Assembly: GCA_000165425.1 (NCBI GenBank)
Contig: CT868026.1
Location: 124,001 to 188,000, forward strand
Length of the DNA: 64,000 bases
DNA from: Paramecium tetraurelia
Lineage: Eukaryota
Reading direction: 5' to 3'
Every line of letters starts with the position of its first letter. The stretch's first letter is position 1. Below the pieces are notes generated by a model. That model was not told the DNA's origin and ran no database searches. It was given only the letters and a program-made list of their open reading frames with translations. Shown one piece after another: positions 55,323 to 64,000 of this stretch. The position numbers and the translations under genes were made by a program.

Positions 55323-56184
55323 ATGGGCAGTAATTAATTTTTTGCTACCTAGATTTGTGCGCAAGTGTGAGAAATTCAGAGTTAACTGTTGAAGATGCCA
55401 GCGAAATTCTATCTATAAAAATAGATGAAAATGAAGTTATTATTCTTTAAGGAGATATAAGAGAAACTCAAAATAAAAGCATTTGTATAGCCTATAAAAT
55501 AATGTATTAGTAAATGCTTGCTTTGATCCTTATAACAACCTCATTTTAAAGCAATGCCGAGTTAAACCTGAGCAATGTATCGATTATACTTAGTAAATTT
55601 AGTGAAATTAGGAGTGCCATCCTTAATTTAATTGCCAAGAGGAATCGTTAAATCTGAGTTTATGATCAACTTGAAGATCAATTTTGATGAATTCTCTAAA
55701 TAAGATCTAATTGATGCTTTTGAGGAAAGGTAACAATAAATCTATGGGAATTTATAGCTTCGAACAACTATATTTTAAAGAAATAGATTCCATCTCATAT
55801 TACGATTAATGTGAATAGTACAGCAAGGAGATTTAGATCATCAATTGTGAATGTTTCATAGAAGCATTAATAAATGAACTGCACAACAACAGACGCTCGA
55901 GAAAATATTGTATATATCATCCAAATCTAAATATTTGTTTGATGTACAAAAACGAATTCAAATCCTAATACTCCTCTTATTGTAGAACCAAATACTCCAT
56001 GATTGAACCACAAAATTTTATTTATGGAGACGTACTCCAAACAATCCATGAAGAATTCACTGAAAAGAATTCATAGTTAGCCTTATCAATAACTAAATTA
56101 TTTAAAGAATATCCATAAACATATGAAAAGAAAGAAAGCCTTGAACAATTTGTACCTAAGATGACTGCTTTATCCTAAAATTGA
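55323..56184 (+). CDS. N-acylated protein with degenerate macro-domain-like region
   Basis: After intron removal MGNLCASV...VIILQGDIRETQNKSILNAC, resembling the macro-domain GDI...VNAAN start; TGA at 56182-56184. Confidence 0.55.
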
Positions 56185-56272
56185 AATTAATTTATAGTTA
56201 TGACTTCTTTGGTTAATTTGATATACATATATCATTTTTATGCATAAACATAACTATTCTACAAATATATTA

Positions 56273-58710
56273 TCAATTTCTCTTATACTGTTTTTTGTCA
56301 TACAGATTATCAATTAATCTCTATGCCTCTTCGTACATTGATTATTATCTTCTTGGAGTGCATTCTCCACCCTTTCTCTTCGGAGAAGGCTGACGAATGC
56401 TTGGCAATTTTTTCTGCTATAGTCGTTCTGATTTGGTACCTTATCCAAAGATGTTATACATCTGCTTATAATTCTCTAATTCATTATTAAAATATTTGAT
56501 GATTTCTGTTGCTTTGATCAATTGAAATTGCAAATTCTCACTATGAGAAATCTAATTTTCTAAGTGCTTTTGCAATTCTATTTTCTTCTTAACCGCATCT
56601 TTAGGTTTCTCCAATTGCTTTAACAGAGTTTCGTTCTCTTATGAACTTTTTTAAATTTATTGCTTCATTTACTTCACATTTTCTTTCATCCTCTCCTGCA
56701 TTTCTGAAGCCTTCTCCTGTAGATCGGTTATATTCTTAGCCTGTATGTGATTTTGCTATTGAAGAGATGCAATCTACTCCTTAAGTATAGTGATTTCCTC
56801 CTTCTATTAGATTTAAAATTCGTCTTGATCGCTTTGCAGAATCTAGAGACTAAATTGATGTTAATTTCTAGAACTGTTATCTAAAATAGTAGCAGCTATC
56901 TGATTCTTGTTGTTGGGTGAGAAATACTAACTTTCTTGTTGATGAGAATTGAGGGTTCTTTAATTTTCATTAATAATCAAGTATTCCAATAGGAACTCGT
57001 CAGTTTAGCAAGAGATATCCTATGTTTGAATGTCTTGGTTAAATTCTTATTATTGAACTTGATTATTGGAGAAGCTAATTTATATTTTGCTTCTTCTCCT
57101 AAGATTTGCATGATGAGTTGCATATGCTTAGGTGAAGTTTACGCTAGCGAATTTAGAATTAGGTGTTTCCTCACTTTACTTTACAGAAGGTCCTGTATTA
57201 ACTTCCTTTGGAGTATAGACATCATTAATTTTCTTTTGGTAGTAGTATAGTTAATCTTCTCTGTGTTTAGATCTTTGATTTCTTTTCTTTTTGAGTTTCT
57301 TTATTAGAGAGGCTTACTTTTTAGATTCTAGTATTTCATCCAACTCTAAAATTGGAACCTTGTCTGGATTCTACTTGATATTAGACATGGGAGAAATTTA
57401 AGTAGTTTATTAATCAGCATATTTTAGATTAAATTTAAAAGTATTTGGAGATAACTAACTGATATCATCAGGCCATAAGGAAGTTTATGTTTATAATTAT
57501 TGATGTTCAAAATCTTATTATAATTATGTTTGAGTTGAGAAGTGATTTGTAGGATTGTTCAAGTAGAAGTTTTCTAGGGATTATTAGATTTTCTGTTCTG
57601 ACAATTATTGCTCTTCATTAAGTACTATATTATTATTTTTCTTTAGATTTGCAATCATGGCTTATGTTTAATGAAGATACAAAGATTGTTATTGCATTTC
57701 CACTCTTAATTAGTGGGTTTACTATTATTATTATTGTAATTGAATCTATTGATTCTTGATCAAGATAATCTATTGTTCATTCTTCTGAATTTCTTATTCA
57801 TATTTATTTCTTAATAGTTCTAACTCTTTATTGGCTCTAATGGATGCTTTATTTGCTTCTGAAATTCTGAATTCACTGTCTTTAATCAATTTATCCATAC
57901 GCTTTTCATAAGTGTTTCTCAATTCCCCCAAAGCAAATTCGTATTGATCCTATTTAATGGCCACTTGAGTGTGATGTTCCTCTTATTATTTTTGCATCAT
58001 TTAGATGTGTTTGATTTTCATTTAAGCTTGCTTGTCTATTTCTTCATTGATTTGATTGGTAAGTTCTTCCAACTTCTCATTGTAAGAGTCTACTAGTTCA
58101 AAGTGTGTATTTTAATTCTTCTTAACTTTTTTGTTTTCGTCTTCTATCAATTAATTTAACTAGAATATGGTTTGATCCTTTTGGCTGATCATCTCCTCCT
58201 AGCGAGTAACAGTATTTTATAGTTCTATTGATTGCTTTGAGACCTCTATTTTGATTTGTTCATAATGAGAATTGCGTTCCTCATTTAAAATTAGTAACTG
58301 GTTAGTTTATTGTGCCAATATTTGTGTTTCTAGATTACTAATTAGAGTTTGAAATACATTTCCTTAGTGTTTCTTACATGGATTTCATATCCTCCTACAA
58401 AATAGATATCAACGTTGGGAAATCTGCTATTCTCTTCACCAGTTCTCTGCTCTCAGTTACCCTGATAATTTGCGATAGATTCTCTCTTTGTTGCTACATA
58501 ACTACTGGACATTACCTCCAAATAAGTTTAGGTTGCTAGTATAGTATTTTTAAGTTCTATATTTTCATCCCTCAGTGGTTGTAGTTGCTAGATCACATGA
58601 ACGATATTCTCCTCGGCCTTTTGATTGAACAACATACTTGGTTAAGTGAGCAGACTTTTGACATCATTGGATGTCTTATCTCTTTTTTTATTGTTCTTCT
58701 CATTGTTCAT
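56273..58710 (-). CDS. Long Gln/Glu/Lys-rich coiled-coil protein
   Basis: Long code-6 frame rich in TAA/TAG Gln codons, heptad-like; ends DKKQYKRN-TGA. Confidence 0.75.
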
Positions 58711-58715
58711 TATTA

Positions 58716-60667
58716 ATGTTTACAAAAATTTTATACAAATTTTCTTCAACTCCTCTACTTACGATTTCCTTGATAGGCAGATCTTCTGTTGGTAAATCCT
58801 CGCTCTTTAATAAATTGTAAACAGGAGAGAATGTGGCCATCACATCCAATCAAAAGAACATTACGAGGGATAGAAAAGAAGTAAAATAATCAAAATATTA
58901 TTTGAGGCTATATCTGAAATCTTCCCACTTCCCATTAGATTTGTTGATACCGCAGGAATTGAGAACGTAGCTCTCAAGAAGATTCTAAATCCATTACAAT
59001 AGAAGATGCTCATGCAGACCATCAATGCAATTGAGTATTCTGACATCGCTTTATTTGTGGTGGATGCCAAAGCTGGTTTAACCAATATCGACCATCAAAT
59101 TGCCAGGTGGCTAAAGAAAACACTCTAATTAACCAATCCTGATCCCAAATTAGTCAACGAATTGAAGGAATTGGAAATCAGGACCAATCTCAAAAAAGCT
59201 ATATTAGTAGCAAATAAATGCGAAAATGATTCCATCTTTGAGACTGACATTGATGCATAACTCAAAAGATTGGGACTTGGCAATCCCATTTATGTCTCTG
59301 CTGTCGATGGATCAGGATTCTAAGATCTACTTACTAAAATCTCTGAAAACATACCCCAAAATGCATATGAGGAACATTCCGAAAGGAAGCAGAAAAGGAA
59401 GGAAAAATACAAGGAAATTAAAGATAAATGTAGACAAGAAATGGAAGAAGTCATCAAACAATAAGAAATTGAGTTTGACATGAAAATTTGGGTATTACTT
59501 ATTATTTTTATTTTTTACCATTAGGAAAGAGAATTTGATTAAGCCAATCCCAACCCTGAAGACAATAGCGATCTTGATGATGAAAATATTGCTAATCCAA
59601 TCTATACTAAATCCCCTATTCAAGAAAAACAAGGAGTCTCAAAGGAAAATCTGCAATTACGAAATCCCATCATGCTTTCCATCATGGGCAGATAGAATGT
59701 TGGAAAGTCCAGTCTAGTCAATACCTTATTAGGAGGTATTCTCATTCTTCATTCTAGAGGACAGAGTCATTGCTGATCCAACTCCAGGAACTACTAGAGA
59801 TCCTATATCCACATTCTGGGTTTACAAAGGTTAAAAGATCTAATTGGTTGACACTGCTGGAATCGAACCTAAGCCAAAGATTTAAACTGACTTGGACTTA
59901 TAGATCATTGCAAAAACAAGATCCACTTTGAGATTTTCCAATGTTGTCGTTCTACTAATTGATTCATTAGGAGCATTCAGAGAAGTGGACCTAGAACTTG
60001 CCTAGGAGATTGTCAAACAAGGCAGAGGATTAATTATAGCTGTAAATAAATGGGATATGGTTGATAATGATTACAAGGCCAAAATAGTTAAATACTTGAA
60101 GGGTTAATTGGAGAGGAATCTTGGAGAAGTCCCCAATTGCAAGTTGATCACAATAAGCGCTGAGAAGAAGATTAACATCGATCTTTTGATGGATTAAGTT
60201 ATTTAGGTTTATGACAAATGGAATACTAGAGTACTCTATTGTTTTCTATTAGGTTTCTACTGGTCTTTTGAATGATTGGCTCAATAAATTCAAAAAGATT
60301 TAAAGTTTGCCTTCTGAGGATGGTGATAAATTAAAAATTAGATTCATTGCTTAAATCAAAGTGAGACCACCCACTTTTGCTTTGTTCATTAATTAAGGTT
60401 CTTTGTTCAAAAGTATCGATTGATCATTACACATTAGCTAGTTATTTAAAGTTTTTGAGGAAGAAGTTAAGTGAAGAGTTTGATATATCTGGAGTTCCCA
60501 TAAGATTGGTCTTGAGAGATATAGCATATGCTAAGGAGAAGAAAACCTTAGAGAAGGACAATGAAATGACGGTGGCAGATTTGTTATTAAAAAGAAGGAG
60601 AATTGCTCGATTGGCTAAATAGAAATTAGAAAAACTTAAATAGAAATCTCAAGCAAATAGATAATGA
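58716..60667 (+). CDS. der: Double-GTPase ribosome-assembly factor Der/EngA, probably organellar (mitochondrial)
   Basis: GD1 GRSSVGKS/ITRDR/DTAGI/NKCE; GD2 GRQNVGKSS/PGTTRD/DTAGI/NKWD; KH-like C-terminus IAQIKVRPPTF...FLRKKLSEEFDISGVPIRL; four tiny introns. Confidence 0.92.
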
Positions 60668-60859
60668 TTGAATTGAATTGTATTATATTTATATGATGAA
60701 TATTATGATTTATAAAAAGTTAGAGAATTAATTAAATTGAAAATAGATAATAACAAGATCATAATTATTATGATTATAAATAAATAGTAATTAAAAATAT
60801 TAGGAAAAGTAGAATTATTTTATATGCAACTATTTTTTATATAATAACAGAATAGAAAT

Positions 60860-62406
<1,547 letters not shown>

Positions 62407-62557
62407 TTGTAAAATAATAATATTTATATACACAATTTTGGAATAATTCAGAAACTAAGGCCTTTTTATAATAATCAAAAGATTTATGACATGAACCAAT
62501 TATAATATAAATTTAAAAACGAGAAAATTATTGCGATTAATTTAATATATATATAAT

Positions 62558-64000
62558 TCAATCAATCTCAATATTATCATCGAAAAGTTCACCCATTAAT
62601 TCTTAAATACACAGTAAATCCTCTGGAATTAAATCAGATGCTACTTTATCCAAATAAAGTGCCTTCGTATCTGCATCCAATATCCTATACGAAATCCAAT
62701 AGCTTTCTTTCAACTCCTTACCATTCAAAGCCTATATTTTATATACTTGTAATCTTACTTAATCAAGTTTGTAAATTATGCTTTGATAATACTCTCCCTC
62801 ATTGGGATCACTCAAATTTATTCTACCCATTAACAACGATTATATGCTTCTCCAATTGTCCTTCAAATCATTCAAATTCTTAATTGGGTCATTGGGATCA
62901 ACATTTTTTGAAAATTTCTACCTTATAACACTGATTTCTTACCGAAAACTTCTCTTCCGAAAAAATATTATTCTCCAAAGAGAAAGCAACAAAACGATCC
63001 AAGGACATGGCTTTCTCTCCACTTTCATTTGAAACTGTATCACATCTTTCCATGAATTGTGTTCTGATAAACTTCTTGTTTGAAGTAGTCCCTTGATTAA
63101 TTTCAAAATGCAAATATAATTTTTGAAACTCTTAAAACTCAATCATCCCATCCATATCCATATCAGCCGAATAAAACACCTCTTCAAAGTGTGCTTAATG
63201 TATCAATTTGTGTTGATGATAACCCTTCAGCAATTTGCTTATAAAGAAATCAACATCCACACAGACCTTGCCCTTCCTCTCATAAGTATTCTAACGAATC
63301 TCCCTTATAATCTTATCCTTGATATCTGCTCCCAAACACTAATGCTGGATATCCAATGATGCTATAGCCTTATCCAATTGAACCAACACTCCCTTCTCAT
63401 TTACAATTGATGCCATATGAAGAGCTATTTCATTCTCATCCAGGATCTTCAAAGATTGGATATATATATCTAAATCTTCCAAAGTGAGGGGACTTAATAA
63501 TTACAGAAATCTTTGATCAATTACATATACATTTACCTTCCGAATAAGTTTATCCTGAAATTCTCTCTATAAAAATAGACAGATTAATAGAAGTTGGTTA
63601 ATTTTTATTCAGCCATACTTTTGAATCCATAAGTATTTACAAAGTACTCATAGCACATCTGATGTAGAGGAGTGTTTTTATTAGAGTATTACTTTATCTT
63701 ATCAGAGTAAAATTGCGATATGAATTTTAAAATATTAATTCTCTGCATTTTAGGCATGGCTAACTTTGGGTTTTTAGCAAAACGCTCAGCCAAAAATGTA
63801 ACCAAATATTTAGATCTCTAGAAATTGAGTTGACTTGTGGACTCAGCATTATTTCTGTTTTGAAATTCTTATATGTTCAACAATTAAATTACTTGGGGCT
63901 TGTGTTTATGTGATGTTTCTTCTCTTTTGTTGTCTATCCGACTTTTTTTTGGAGTATGCTTCCAATTTAGATGAAATTGACGATTCAACACTTGAAGCAT
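62558..64000 (-). CDS. 3' part of a hypothetical protein (5' end outside window)
   Basis: Continuous code-6 frame, e.g. YEYFVNTYGFKSMAEQKLTNF...RINLFG, with an intron near 63510-63536; ends DNIEID-TGA. Confidence 0.7.

Overview
This is very AT-rich, gene-dense eukaryotic DNA, most likely a Paramecium macronuclear chromosome (inferred from sequence features). Conserved genes (UBC9, alanine aminotransferase, RPA2, RAE1, Der/EngA) read through only if TAA/TAG encode Gln and TGA is the sole stop (ciliate code 6), and they carry tiny 20-30 nt GT..AG introns. The supplied standard-code ORF track is therefore fragmented and partly spurious. I hand-translated about 30 protein genes under code 6. Coordinates are gene spans including introns and may be a few nt off where noted. 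Recognisable products include a CNBD channel-like protein, a bZIP factor, a CFAP77-like protein, UBC9, two tandem PH-like pseudokinases plus one active relative, a C2H2 finger protein, ALT, two large PAS-like membrane proteins, a disrupted ARS2/SERRATE-like gene, an SPPL-like pseudoprotease, an LRR-ankyrin protein, RPA2, RAE1, and TLDc, RING-LRR, tesmin/CXC, multi-RRM, VIT-vWA (frameshifted) and macro-like proteins, plus Der GTPase. I found no tRNA, rRNA, transposon, CRISPR array or convincing multi-gene novel system. The most interesting signals are several intact but apparently catalytically dead pseudoenzymes, single-base frameshifts in three genes, and extremely tight gene junctions.
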